NCBI GenBank assembly: GCA_051362555.1
Contig: CM120640.1
Coordinates: 26,584,225 to 26,648,224, forward strand
From: Lingula anatina
Taxonomy: Eukaryota > Animalia > Brachiopoda
Direction of reading: 5' to 3'
Length of the DNA: 64,000 nt
Shown: one piece after another, positions 1-13,689 of the stretch
Position numbering within the stretch: position 1 is the stretch's first letter
How the letters are laid out: every line of letters begins with the position of its first letter
Notes under the pieces: generated by a model
What the model saw: the letters and a program-made list of their open reading frames with translations, nothing else
What the model was told of the DNA's origin: nothing
The model's database searches: none
Made by a program: the position numbers and the translations under genes

Positions 1-144
1 AAGTTACTTTTTTAACCAAGGCAAAATAATCAAACTGAAATTTTCTATGATTATGTAAAGCCATGCCGTGTGTTAGCCTGCCTTTAAATATATGACAGAT
101 AATATTTTTGCTGAATCTTTATGTGAACCAATTTGTTTGATTAG

Positions 145-3100
145 GTCTCAACTCCCAGTTGAATTCTGCCAACTCCAGTCTGCAGTCAGCAGTAGGCATG
201 TGGGCTGGTTTAGAGACACAGATAGCCAACCTGGAGGCAAGAGCTGCACAAGTGAATGCAGCTTCTGCAGGTACACAGGCACTATAGATAGATAGAACAA
301 TAATACTGCCTTGTATTATTACATTTCTTCTATATTTCTTAATTTTTGTTGCGACAGTCACCAGTGCTGTGTGCCACAATTCTGTGAAATTATAAGCAGT
401 TTTACATTGGGTATTTTTAAACAGGAACAATCTCGAATATCAAAAAATCATTTCTGTTTTTCAAAAGGTTTGTTTTCAAATTTTCAGATCCAGGCATTAT
501 GACCTTGCTGGACTCAGCTAACAATACAGCCACCCAGGCTCAACAGCTGAGTGACCAGGTGCTCCAGGCTGACCAGAGTGACCAGAGCCAAATCCAAGCT
601 CAGGAGGATCTCGTAGCTGTCATACAGACTAGTGTTAACAGCATATCAGTGGTCACTGCACAAATTAATGCAGAATGTAAGTCGATTTAAATTGAAATGA
701 ATTTACTGTGTAGGGTTTTTTTTTAATTGGTTTGTCGATGGATTTGCCGAAGAAGTTGCTGGAATTTTTTTTAAAAAATATACTTTGTAAAAGAAATACA
801 TTTGTATCCCACTGCAGTGAAATGATGTATCAAGTAACTGATGCAATTCTAAAGTATTGAAGAACATAGATAAGGATTATTTGAAGGGAGACATAGTGAT
901 TTAAAATATCTTTTTGTATACCTTGTGTCAGCCTTTTGAAACCCCAATTTTCCAATTTTCAGTACAAAGCTACAAAATAATGTACAGTCAGATGCAGAGT
1001 CGACTGACCGCAATCAACCAATTCCACAGTGAAACTAATGCCACAAGATACCGACTATCAGCAAAAATGGCGAGCATAGAGGCCAAGCTTGCTCGTGCCA
1101 AGCAGCTAGCATCTAGCCTTGAGCGCCCTGTGAGCTTCCCAGGCAGTGCACACATCACAGTGCAAAACCCATCCCTAGAGAGCAGAATATTCAATGAGCT
1201 GTCCCTAGAGTTCAGGGCAAGCCAGGAGAATGCTACAGGGGTGATCTTCTATGCTGATGGCACAGCTGATAACTCCTGGCTGACTCTGTATGTGAACCAT
1301 GGTACATTGGTTTTTGAATTCAACCTGGGGAGTGGCATAGTAAGAATGGAGAGCTTAGCTACTATTTGCAGTGGCTGCTGGCTCAAAGTTTTAGCCAACA
1401 GGTAAGGTGGTAGCAGCATCTAGGCTGCTGTGATGTGATGGATTCTAGAAGTTAATGACAATGACATGAGTTTGTACGATACCTTATGCCAGTAATGTTT
1501 ATATTAGTGAAAACTTCCTTTTTATTAAGTTAATGAATACTGGTGATTATTCATTAAGAATGTTACAAGTTATTTTAAGATGTTATTGGTATAATACATT
1601 CTCCAGGGATGAAAAGGAAAGTAGATATTAATACATGGGAATATTTCTTAAAAGGTATACCAGCACTGGTCACCTGACAGTGACCAGAATGTCCACAGGG
1701 GGCTCTACTACAGCATATGGAGAGAACAATGTGGGGAACTCCCTCCAACTGGGGGCAGACTTGGTCCTTGCAGGAATGCCATCCAATGCTAAGGTATGTG
1801 AATCTGCTGAAGGCCATTTAGGTGCACAAAATATGATTTGTTTAGACTTTTTATCATATAAAAAACATGTTATAATGGGCATATGTATCCACTGACTTAT
1901 AATAGAAAACAAAGGAGTTGATCTCATTTCTTTTTAATGCTTGTTTCTAGACACAGACTGATGAAATTTTTTAAAATTTTTTAAAGTAGTGTGAAAATTT
2001 ATCTTGATACCAAATAATTTATGGAATGTGTCAGGCAATGCATAACTCGAGTCTTTGTCATTGACCTCTCATTTAAGGCTTCTAGTCTACCTACAACAAA
2101 GTTCCCAGGATGTATAACAAACTTGCATGTAGACAACTTCAGGGTAGACTTGTGGTCAAAGCAGATAGAGAACAGCCTTGGATGTTGCACCAGACCAGTC
2201 ACTCCTGCTCCTGAGGCACTTCTTCCAGGGGTCAGCTTTGATGGTTTTGGCCACTTACATGTGAACCCAGGAAGATTCAGTGCCTTTGGGCAGTCTAGAG
2301 TTTCGCTGGAATTCAGAACATTCAGTTATAATGGAGTGTTGATGTTGGCGGAGAAAGCTGGTAGCAGTGTATATTATGGGATGTATTTGCAAGATGGACG
2401 CCTGATATTCGAATATGGTACTCCTGGCAACACTCAGGCACTCCGTAGCAGTGTAACGTACAATGATGGTGACTGGTATAAGGTACATTTTGACCTAATT
2501 TACATGATGTGACCCAAATAAAATTTCCTAAATGAAATACATGTAATCAAGTGTGCATTAGGTCACATGCAATGTGCTTTAGTCGGAAAAAATGTTGTTT
2601 TTTTTTATGTATCATGTATATTGTGTCATTTTTATGTTTTTTCAAGGTGGACATAACAAGAAATGCAACATATGCAAGTTTGAACCTTCAGAGGGTCAGT
2701 GACAATGGCAATAGTATTTTGGAGATAAAGTCTGTGCGAACTCCAGCCATCACATTGTCAGAACTGCAGAATGGAACACTGTATTTTGGTGGTGTTCCAC
2801 AATCTTCTTCAAGGTAAAGCCTTTCATTTATTTATTTATTTATTTTTGATTTGTAACTATATTTTTTTTGTTGTTGTTGTTGTTGTTGTTGTTGTCATAT
2901 ATATGCACTAGCATGCAGAACATGTTTTATGTTTACCTTTAGAAATTTTACATACTCTATCTTTTTACTATTCCAGTGGCATTCCAATGAGTAGTAGCTT
3001 TGCAGGCTGTATAAGAGAGGCATACTATTATGTCAATAGTTCTAGCCGTGTGGCGATGATCCCCAGGGAAATGGTTAACAGCAGCATTGCGGTGTCACTA

Positions 3101-6100
3101 GATGGATGCTTCAGAAATGTAAATATCGGTTATGCCATGATATTAACTTATAGCAGTGAATTCAGATTTTGTATCATAAAATGGGGGTAGAGTATTATCA
3201 CAAAGGAAAGTCATGCAACATATATGAGTATTAAGACTTTGGTTATATTCTAAGTAGACCCCTTTAAAAGAATTCAATTCAAGAATTAATAATATGTTAG
3301 CATTACATGAAAAAATTTAAGGGGGAAATATACCAATTACTCTCTGTGTTTCAGGTCATCTATGGAGCTGGATTTAGGACAGATTTGTCCTATTCTTCTT
3401 ATGCCGCAACAGGGAATACAGAAGTTGTGAACAGATTAGAAATTGACTTCAAGACCAGTGAACCAAGTGGCCTCCTGTTTTTTACTCAAGATCCAGGCCA
3501 AACTGTATGTATTGCATAAACATACTCTTTCACAACCAACCAAGTCAAGTAAATGCAATTGAAGCATAAATCCTGTTGACCAAGACATTTTCTTTGCAAT
3601 ATGTTTTTATTTTTTTCCATTCTTAGTATTCAGTTTGATACAGAATATAGAACTATTTGCTTTTCAAAAATAATGTCATTATTGCTTGTCTTCAAAGCAA
3701 ATTAATGTCCTTTTCCAGAAACCTTCCCTGTATGTGGCACTGTACCATGGCAATGTGTTTGTTGAGATTGGCACAGAGAATGGTCCACTTATCCAGCCAC
3801 TGATGACCACAGGCTTTTACCTAGCCGATGACTTTTTGCACACAATACAGTTAGATCTCAGTGCAAACAGGTAGGTGCAAAGAAAGTTATTTGATCAATT
3901 TTTTCCAAGTATCTGAAAATAAAGCATGTGTCCATGGACTGAAATGATTTTAAAACTGTTAACTTAATTATTATTATTATTATTGTAAAAACTAAGAATT
4001 AATTCATCCTATTACTTGTTTATCCTGCTAGGCCCAGACTGGTAGTTGATGGTATCAATGTGGTGAGCCTGGACACCTTGTCATCAGACCAACATCCCCT
4101 CACTGGTGGAGGGAGCACCCTGTACATAGGGGGTGTGTCCTCAACCTCTGCTGTACACACCCAAGTCCCAGTACTCTCATCTTTTGCTGGTGGAGTACAG
4201 AAAGTGGCTGTTAATTCAAGGTTTGTGTAGGAATTGAGCTGGTTTGGTAATTGGTTTATAATTAGTGGAGAATGAATGTTGATGAAATGTTTTGAGGCAT
4301 TTTTTTTCATATTTTTGTGTGCAGATGTATTGTGTGGTTTTATCAGGATAATAAGCTGCAATTTATGATGTAGTCCTTATCAAGTAAAATGCTCTAGGAT
4401 TCACCCACATCAAATGGGATAAAAAGGACAAATTAGGAACATCAAAACTCAGTTTGATCAACAACTAATTTATCCTCTCTTTTTTCAGATCTGTAGATTT
4501 CTTCAGCACTAGCCAGTTAACAGGCCAAGCAGGGCTGTATTTGAGTGGTGTCCCAGCCCCACCAGACACGACCCCTCCCCCACCCTACACCACCACCCTC
4601 CCACCCCCCACCACTGCCCCACCCACATGTGCCCCCTCATCAAATCTGACCTATCTGACTGATTCTGTTAGGTTTGGAGACCAACCAGACAGCTATATGG
4701 CCTTCAATATATCTAACAGGAATTTATTTAACAATAGGTGAGCAAAATATATTCTGTGATAACATACATAGGGCATGTTTTTAAAAGTTTTTAAAAAATT
4801 CTTTTCAAGCCAAGGGAGTTTTCTCACACTTTACACATAATCTTAAGGTAACTAGAGTTTTGATAAAACAAAGATATGTTAAGTTGTCAATTAATTTTTA
4901 TGCATGCCTTGCTAGCCCCTAGCTGTATATAAAAATAACAGTACTCTTCATTATTTTGTCATTTTGTTTCTTTCTTGTTGTTTTCATTGCAAATACCAAA
5001 TATGCACATATGTAATTTGTGTTGTGCTGCCTTAATGGTCTTGTGACAACTGTAACTGTAGCATTGCCAATCCATTCCAGTTTTGTCCTGATCACAGAGT
5101 TCAGAGCCCTCTCTCCTAATGGTGTTCTCTACTACGCAGCAAACAGATATGTCAACCCAGAATACTGGATAGGACTGTACTTAGAAGATGGTTATCTTGT
5201 CTTTACTATGTCTAGCAGCACGCGCTCTAATTTTACCAGGGCTGTGAAATCAAGACATACATATGATAATGGAGAATGGTGGGAGGTGAGATTTACAGTA
5301 TATCTATTATAGTGTACATATTGGCACAGTGTGCATATTATTTTATCAATTCCAGCATTACAGTACCCTTTGCCATTCTAGAACTTGCAAATATAATAAG
5401 AATAATTGTGTGTATATGTAAAGTAATTTTATTTTTATTGTTTACCATGTTATTCAGCCTTCAGTGATTAATTGACAGATTTTAATTGCAGAATTATCCA
5501 TTTTTAATATCCCATTATCATGCTTTTTATGTTTTTTTTTCAGGCAACTGTTCTCCGAATCAATGATTTTATTGCTTTGGTAGTATCTAAGGATTACAGG
5601 AACAATCAGCAAATCTCTACGATTCCGACTAGTTTATTCATAACCACAAACTTCTATCTTGGTGGAGTGGATTCTCGATTTGGCGGAACTTTTCCACTTC
5701 CAGTATGTTACCTCAAATGCCATGCTTTGTTTTATTGTAAAGCCACTTGATTATATTTAGATTATTTTATAAAGCATGAAAGGTCATTTGCAGTTCTGTA
5801 AAATTCTTCAGTTTGTTCTATTTTAAGGGGAAATGAGCTTTTTTGAATCAGCTGTGCACTCATAACTACAAAATAAGAAATAAAGAACTGTAATTGTTAC
5901 TTGTACCAGAAAGCTTCTAAAAAAAGCCAAGAAAAATATTATGTTGAGTTTGTCTAATGATTGAATATGGCCCAAAGTTCTGCAGTTTTTTTCTCATCTT
6001 TAGATTGGCAAGACTCCTTTCCATGGCTGTATAAGAAAGATGGAAATGAACTCCCACAATAACCCCAATGCATACATCTTCAGTGTGCTGTAAGTATTAT

Positions 6101-7960
6101 TATTTTTTCAATAAAAATTACCAAAGAAGATCAAGAAAATAACTAGAAACAAACTAATTTTATGGTCCACCTTTGGATTATTGTATACTGTCACATGTGT
6201 AGAATTTGTAATTTTCCTAGTTGACAAGTAAACGTTTTGAAAAGTTGTCACTGAAGTAAAAAAAAAAAAGAATCTGTGCTTCAAAATGTTAGTCCTGTGT
6301 TAAACTTTGTTTTAAGCAACAGATATAACTTTCTTACCTTTGTTGAAAGGGGTTACATTACCAAGTTCAACGTACAGTAAGTTTTGATGTTAAATGTTGG
6401 AGACGGTTTGGGTTTGGATGGTGGATTGGGTATAATGGAAAGTGATAAAAATGGCTATTAATAGAGCAATTGATATCTACATATACATTGGAAAATAAAT
6501 GGAAAATGAAATATATTATGTCAGTTGTGTGAATTTAACAAAAAATTCTACTATGTAAAAAGAGAAAAGGGTTGTTAAAACTTTGTTGCTCAGGTAATTT
6601 TGCCATTTCAGTAATCCTGACCAGTCACTGGGTACTTCCCTGTGTTATGCTAGTGTCAATACTGGGACATCATTAAATGGAGCTGGATATCTGAAAATAG
6701 GTATGAAAATACTTTCCTTCTGACACTTTGCAAATGTTTTTAATGAAATAAATTCATGGTTGTTGCTACTGCTGGTTTTACCGTTTAGTAATAGATATAA
6801 TATGAATCAGGGACATGTACATGCTATACATGAGGGTAAAGCAGAAATGGTTGTCACATACACTTTGGTGTCAATGGTCTTTTTAAGGACCATTTTCATA
6901 TCAAGGGTATTGAATTTCTGTTAGTCCATAACCACATCACTTTCTTGAAACTCTTTACGTTTATTTCAGCAAAGAACCATTTTCACTCTCAGTCATCACC
7001 AAAAAATGTTTCTTATTTTTCAGTTGAGAGTGTAACAGTTGAAGAGAATTCCACAATAAGCCTAACATTCAGAGCTGCCAATAACACAGCCAGCCTGGTG
7101 AGCATCTATTCCAGTAACTCTTCATTCTTCTCACTGGAGGTCGTGGAAGGCAGGGTATGTATAAAGAATCTGTATAACAGAAGTGTTCATGTGGACATAA
7201 AAATCATTACACAAAAATCAGCCCGTGTTGCTAGTAAATTGCTTTCAAATTTTCAAATCCTAAAATATGTTTTCACAACATAGCCCACAAGATAAAAAGT
7301 TACTTTAGGTCATAAATCTTTACACTGCTGTGTCATTCATGTCTGATAGATATATTTAACAGTCAGAAAAGTTCACCAAGTTTTTCTTTTCCAGTTGCGT
7401 GCTGTCATAAGTAATGCCATAGACCCCCTCACCCCATTCATGGCTGCCCTGTCCCATGAGACAATCAGACACGTCATCTGTGACAATAACAACCACACTG
7501 TTACAGCAAGGATCAGTAGAGTGGGGGTCTCAATAGAGGCTGACCAGGAGCCTAGAGAGAATTATGCTTTCCTTAGGGGTTTTGTGATTCCTACAATCAC
7601 AGCTCCTCTGTATGTGGGTGGAGTTGAAGGTAGGTTTTAAAGTTCTTGGGTAGCAAATCTGCATAATGGTAATATCAGTGTTGCCATGATTCCATTGTCA
7701 AGAAGTCTTTATGTTCACATCTAATAAAATAATTTTACATAACTTCATCAAATTTAAGCTAATAATAAGGTAGTCGAGGGAAAATTAGGTACCTAATTTG
7801 GGGTGTTTCACTGACAGGTTTTCTTTTTTCAGCTCCAAGCCGTCCATTTATAACCAGAGGACTGGAAGGCTGTGTCAAGTCCATCAGTGTTAATGGCAAC
7901 AGCTACAACCTTCGTAATGTTGTGAAATCTCATGGCTCTTTGAACGGATGCCCAGTATAG
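145..7960 (+). CDS. Laminin alpha chain, 3' part (end of coiled-coil domain, LG1-LG5); 5' part lies outside the window
   Basis: 18 phase-compatible GT-AG exons: 145-270, 488-676, 963-1401, 1655-1793, 2078-2482, 2647-2813, 2977-3118, 3355-3504, 3719-3870, 4032-4220, 4489-4737, 5081-5285, 5544-5702, 6004-6089, 6612-6700, 7024-7154, 7395-7629, 7833-7960 (TAG). Heptad-like helix (LNSQLNSANSSLQ...IEAKLARAKQLAS) is followed by five LamG repeats (LEFRT..NGVL, YNDGDWYKV, LYFGGVP, FAGCIR, LYVGGV, LEGCVKSISVNG). A Pro/Thr hinge (PPDTTPPPPYTTT) lies between LG3 and LG4 and the protein ends GCPV*. The paralog (alpha1/2 vs alpha3/5) was not assigned. Confidence 0.93.
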
Positions 7961-8003
7961 CGACGTGGGGATTGTCATTCTATATAAGATTTTGATTGAA
8001 AAA

Positions 8004-9255
8004 ACAAGGCAGCAAAGCTGTCAAATGTACAGACAAAAAACAGAAAATAAAGATGCAAAATAGGTCATTTTGTCAATTTTGATGCAATAATAAATAATGC
8101 TTATAATAGCACTGTCAGTCAACACTGAATTTTAATCATGCACAACAGGTAACATGGTCAATAACAGGAGTGGACCCAGAGATATTGCAAAATTTACCTG
8201 CATAATTATCACTGCTTCCTTATTATTAATCTAGCAGACTGGCTTAATCTTTGGGAGTTTACAGGGAAATATCAACAACTGTGCTTTATGTAATCTCATT
8301 TAATAACCTATTAATTAGGCAAATGACTTTATAACTCTGAACTTAGCTTAGTGATACCCAAGGGAAATTTACAGACTGACCCTCTCAAAGGTCTTTCAGG
8401 CCCATAAGTCACATCTTAAGAAAAGCACAAAGTAATAATGCACAAAATAGGATGCTGTCAATTCTGATGCAATAATATATTACGCTTAACTGCAAAGTCA
8501 ACATCAAATTTAAATTATGCAAAACAGGTAATACCGATGAAAGTAAAAGCAGGCCCATGAGAGTTCAAGTTCATACTTAGAAAATGCCAGAATGAGAAAA
8601 ATGAGAATTTCACAAAAAGTTACGTTAATTCAATATAAAATGATAATCCAATAGAGCTGGTTTTCTTATTTGAGCTGTATGTCAATCCTAAGAATCATTC
8701 TTTTACGCTAAAAAAAATAATAAGTAACACAGTTTGCTTTTTATCATAACGTTTGTGATGACAGTGCACGAAGTTGGCTTTTTGTCAATTTTGATGCAAT
8801 ATTACATAATGATTAACTATAATTACCACCATTTATTTTCATTAATAACGTGGTCATTTAGAAAATTTGATTACCACTGGGCTTCATGACCATGGGAGTT
8901 CCAAATCCCACATTGAAAATGCCAATATATGAAAGAAAACTTCACAAACATGTACAACAGAAAAAGAAACCAATTAGATTGCTTTTCCAACACAGGCTGC
9001 ATTTTAGAACTGTGTTTCTTTCCTGTAAGTTTTAGGAAGAGTAAGTAACATGGTTTTTCTTTAATGGTCACTATAAAAGCAGTGTCCAAAATAGAGGTTT
9101 CTTCATTTTCGTTGCAATATTACATAATGCATAATGACCATCAATTTTAATAATGAAATAAAATTATCATGGATATTCAGACTAGCAAAGGTCTTCAAAC
9201 CCATGGAAGTTCAAAGTCACACCTTGAAAATGTCGATATGTGAAAAATTTAAGGA
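8004..9255 (+). mobile_element. 3'-truncated copy of the non-autonomous Helentron/DINE-like family that forms the 27-52 kb array
   Basis: Starts with the family 5' motif acaaggcagcaaagctgtcaaatgtacagac and shares internal blocks with the copies at 31744, 40733 and 47734; no 3' palindrome. Confidence 0.8.
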
Positions 9256-10276
9256 TGAGTGCAGATAACCATTGGCAAAGTGCCCATCGTCAAATTTTTA
9301 AAATAATTTGCTATTATAAAGTTTATGCATATATTGGTTGTGTGAAAAAATATTATTTGGTTTGAGGCATCGTATTTTTAATGAGTTATATGTGGGGGTG
9401 GAGGAAACCAGATTTACCTGTTGTATGCAGTCTAATATGAATCAGAGCAAGTTATTTCAGCATATATATTGCATAAATAATTTTTTCTAATGAAACTTGT
9501 CTTCTGGTGAAAAAAAGAGTTATATGTTAAATAATTGCGATGTGGCACAAGTAAATGGGAAAGTAATTGTTTTTTTTTTGTTTGTTTGTTTGTTTTTTAT
9601 TAATCCTAGAGAAGAGAGGGATGGGTGGTGTATTACAATATTTTCTCACAGATTTCACTTAACTGTATAAAAGTCTTGTAACTAGAAAAACTTGTATCAG
9701 CGTATTTATTAATTTTATATAACTTTTCTCACAGACCAGCATTTGTTGGTATAAATAATTATATTGTTAACCAATACACATTTTGTACAAAGCCCTATAG
9801 AATAGTAAAAAATGCTAAAAGCAAAAGGCTGTTACAGTAACACAAAAAAAATCATATGTTAAAGCACTCTAAACACCTATTTGGAATGTTTCCATTAACC
9901 ATACAATAAACAAGGTATAAATTGTACCAAAATAATGATAAGGTAAAAGTAAAAACTAAATGAAAATATAGTACACATAATAACAGTAATGGCCAATAAT
10001 CTGTATGACAATGAAAATAAATCACCTAAAAAGTACTTCATATATGATAATTATATATGTGATAAAGACCTTGTATAGAAAGCAATGCAAGAGTTATTTT
10101 ATACAAAATATATAAATATGAGAATAAAAAATGTATAATAAACAATAGATAATTAATCAGATGTGCTGTCTGAAACACTTTCTGCCTCGCTAATACTCTC
10201 ACCACTTGATGTTGGTAAATGCAAGAAGTTATAATGAGACTCTTTATAACTTCTTGGTAAATGTGAGGCATCCTAC

Positions 10277-10281
10277 CTCCC

Positions 10282-10312
<31 letters not shown>

Positions 10313-10326
10313 ACACAAACACACAC
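10277..10326. repeat. Poly-C plus (CA)n microsatellite
   Basis: Directly visible simple repeat. Confidence 0.9.
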
Positions 10327-11270
10327 GCGAAAGTTTTTTTAAACCATGCCAGTTCTGAACTGTGAATAGGGGAACTATGGGTCGCTGCATGCCATCTTCT
10401 TTCAAGCAAATCAAAGAAATGTTAAGATTATAAATAGTAACTAAAACATTTTAATTTAAAAATCACACCAAGCATATTATCTTTTCGTTATCCTTTCTCC
10501 TTGCAAAATCAAAGCAACCAAAAAAACTGGACAACTCCACATAAATATTAATAGCAAAAATGTATTATCACTTTATCTTTATTGTCATCATCTGTGAAAC
10601 AAGATATGAAATGAAAGTTTCTTCAAAGTGCATTGTGGATCAGTGTATATTGTGGATAAGTGTTCCAGTGTACGCGGACAAGGTCGTTCAATGACGGCCT
10701 GGGGCAGGTTAGTAAACTTCAAGTTGATATCATTTCAACAAGATGCAAGGACACTGTCAATCACAATTAGGGGAGAGGCATGCGTGGTTTCCCTTTAAAA
10801 ACTATTATAGCCTAACATTGATTCTTCCCTCCGAAGTAAATGTGTGATTTTTTTCTTTTTAAACAAAAAAGTTAAGGTATGAAAACGCTGAATGTATTTC
10901 AAACGTAGGTGTATATACAATACAAATAATGAAATCTGTGTCTCACTCTCCCACGACACCCCCGCGTCCAAACTGACAGGATGGTGGCGACAGCAACGCC
11001 CCCAGTCGACAATCTAAGATTGGAAGTCTATGAGCGATAGACTAATTAATGCCAAATTTCCGCATGACAACGATTTACAGACTCCCGGGAATTATTTTCC
11101 CTCAACGCTCTTTGTCGCGCTGGCGGTCAATGCAGCATTTATTTCAAAACAAGTTGACCGCAAATTAAGCACGATTTTGCACCTTCAAGTTCCGTGTCAC
11201 GTTTTCATATCATGCATCTTTTATTTCTACAAGTATTCTCTGCCCAAAATGCGTAAAAAAAGAGAGTTAT

Positions 11271-11390
11271 CTTACCAGGTTGTTTAGAAAACTTCTTTTT
11301 CCTCCGACTACACGTCTTCTCTCCCGTTCACCTCCAGGTTAAAATGACCACTCAGCTTCGCTTCTAACACCACTACACGTCACTTCCGGG
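11271..11390 (-). promoter_or_regulatory. Putative promoter and non-coding first exon facing left
   Basis: Overlapping ETS-CRE composite CCGGAAGTGACGTG on the minus strand (11376-11389) in a locally CpG-rich segment, then ~95 nt without ATG ending in a strong donor CTG|GTAAGA at 11276/11275. Confidence 0.45.
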
Positions 11391-12269
11391 CACAATCAGT
11401 CTTCTCCGATTCCCTTTAATAAACACACGTAGGAACTGCAAGTCTTCAAAATGGTTGAATACATGTAAGTTTAAATCAGTGAAAAGGGATCCAAAAAATA
11501 TTTTTTCATTTTAATACTTATCATTCATCAGCTTTTGCATTTTCCATCTCTTTTATCTCAGCTGCTTATGATAAGTGTCTAAATCATCAATTAATTCTCG
11601 TAAAATATAAATAGTTTAAGTCATGAATAATCCTTAGATATACACCCAATGCATATTTTCAAAGATGCCAGTGTGTTATTGTGATGTTATACAAGTTGTT
11701 ATTATTTTAACAAAAGTTAAAAGAAAATGATAAAAAAACACCAGACTAAGATATGGGTCCCGTGGCAATCTTCCTTCTACAATTTAAGTGTGAATTACTA
11801 GTAACTATGAAAACAGGAACTCACAAACAATATTACAATCACCATTTACCGAATCTGTATTAATTATTACTTTCAATCTTAAAACATTTAAGTCAACCAT
11901 GAAACAATCTATAAGAGAATTGAATTGTGTTAATGGTATGGCAACTCCTGAGAACATCTTCAGTTATAATATAATGGCAGTGTTCCAAAACCACGATACA
12001 TATTAAATACAGGCTTGCTTAAATCTTAAACGGAAAGGAAGTATTATCAAGTGTTGCACCTGCTCAGCAAAGCTGCAAATTTTATTTTGCAGCATCACAA
12101 TTTCACTAGCACAAATCAGTAATAATTGTTAGTATATTTGTAACATATTTAATAATCTAAACATTATTAAAATATTACCACACATATTTATGATAAATGT
12201 ATGCATATTTGTAATAACTAAATTTTGTCATTTGCTACGGGAATGGGGGGGGGGGGGGTCTTAAAAATA

Positions 12270-12778
12270 AAAATTTTGGACCGCAATTCCCACAGCAAAT
12301 ATGAAGGAGTAGGCCTACCAGTAGATAAGGCCGGTACCATGAAACTGAGGGTCCGTGTGACAGAAAGTCCGTCCTCCATATAGTTAGGGTTAGTTTGACC
12401 TAAGTAGGTCAAAAGCTAGGGCGAGGCTCACTTGTACAAATGAATGGGAAGCGGACTCTCTGTTATGGGGGACTTTCTGGTAGGCCTACATGTCACCGGT
12501 GATGGCACAGAAATGGGAAAATTCTTGGTTTTGTCTAGTTTTGCTTGCATTATACATTTATATAAAATCTGATTCTCAAAATAAATGCAATCGGCAAGTA
12601 TTATGCTACAGGGATGGGAGTGAGGTGTTCTTAAGAATAAAAAAATTGGGCCTTAATTCCCTCAGCAAATATAAAATAGTGCCAGTAGATAAGGACAATA
12701 ATGGCACAAGGATGGAAAAAATCTTGGTTTTGTCTGCTTGCTATATGCATTTATATAAAAAATTGGGCCTCAATTCCC

Positions 12779-12822
<44 letters not shown>

Positions 12823-12880
12823 GTGCCAGTAGATAAGGATAACAATGGCACAGGAATGGGAAAAAACTAGTTTTTTTCTC
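12270..12880. repeat. Three degenerate local repeats (aaaattgggcc..aattcccacagcaaa..ccagtagataagg..atggcac), one with a poly-A expansion
   Basis: Units start near 12270, 12640 and 12757; poly-A at 12784-12820. Confidence 0.7.
12331..12499. mobile_element. Small MITE-like insertion (~170 bp)
   Basis: Interrupts the first repeat unit between agataagg and tgatggcac (the other units are empty). Imperfect inverted ends ccggt.. / ..accgg, inverted subterminal cagaaagtcc / ggactttctg, internal gttagggttag. Confidence 0.55.
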
Positions 12881-13689
12881 GTTTTACTTGTGTTATAGTC
12901 AAGAACATATACATTTATACACAATGTACCCCTTCGTTAACATTAAGAGGTGTTGGGTTCTTAAATCTACAGTGGGATTTATTTAAGTAAGATAGTTACT
13001 TCTCTAATTTGACTCAGGAAAGTCTAGGTAACGGCTCGAGTTATTCCTGGGGCTCCATAACTTAAAAGCATCGCGTATTGCGAACGGCGATATCACATAG
13101 AGGCTACAGTGTATTACATGGGGCGAGCATGGTCAAGTAATGGAATCGAGACGCTTGCGCTCGGTCGCAATGCGCGCTGCTTTCGAGTTACGGGGCCCGG
13201 GAGAGCAAAGTAACGCAGCACCACAGCTTTGTATCCAAAAACCAAAATTCAACTCATTACCTGGACATCGGCTAGTTTTATGGAAGAAATTGGAGTGACA
13301 GAAATAGTGACGAGATTGTAAAAGTTTAAGTGAGAGGCGAAAGAGGATAATTTCTACGAGCATACATGCGAGTCCATTTAAATTTATTTGCAAGTCTCGC
13401 TTTTTTTTAGCGATCTGTACACGACCACTTTTTTTTTTTACAAAAAAAAAAAAAAAAAAAGAAAAGAAAATTATAGAATATTTTTTATTCAACTATTATG
13501 TACAATTTTGAATATTTACAGTTGATTTAAAAAGGACTAATAATCAGTAATGAACTACGTTAACGCAATGAATTAATACATAGCAGTATTATCAAAAGTT
13601 CTAAGATTTTCCATCGTCTTCATCTAGCGTCGGAACGCACACAGTCCGATAATGCAGGTCTTGTGGTCGGAAACTGGTACCAGATGCTC

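Noticed and set aside
92-295. 67-aa Cys-containing ORF
   Set aside because: Wrong frame; the laminin exon 145-270 reads LNSQLNSANSSLQ in the frame that joins the next exon.
12490-13492. 126-aa and 119-aa ORFs
   Set aside because: They derive from local repeats and poly-A/poly-T tracts, with no domain features or splice support.
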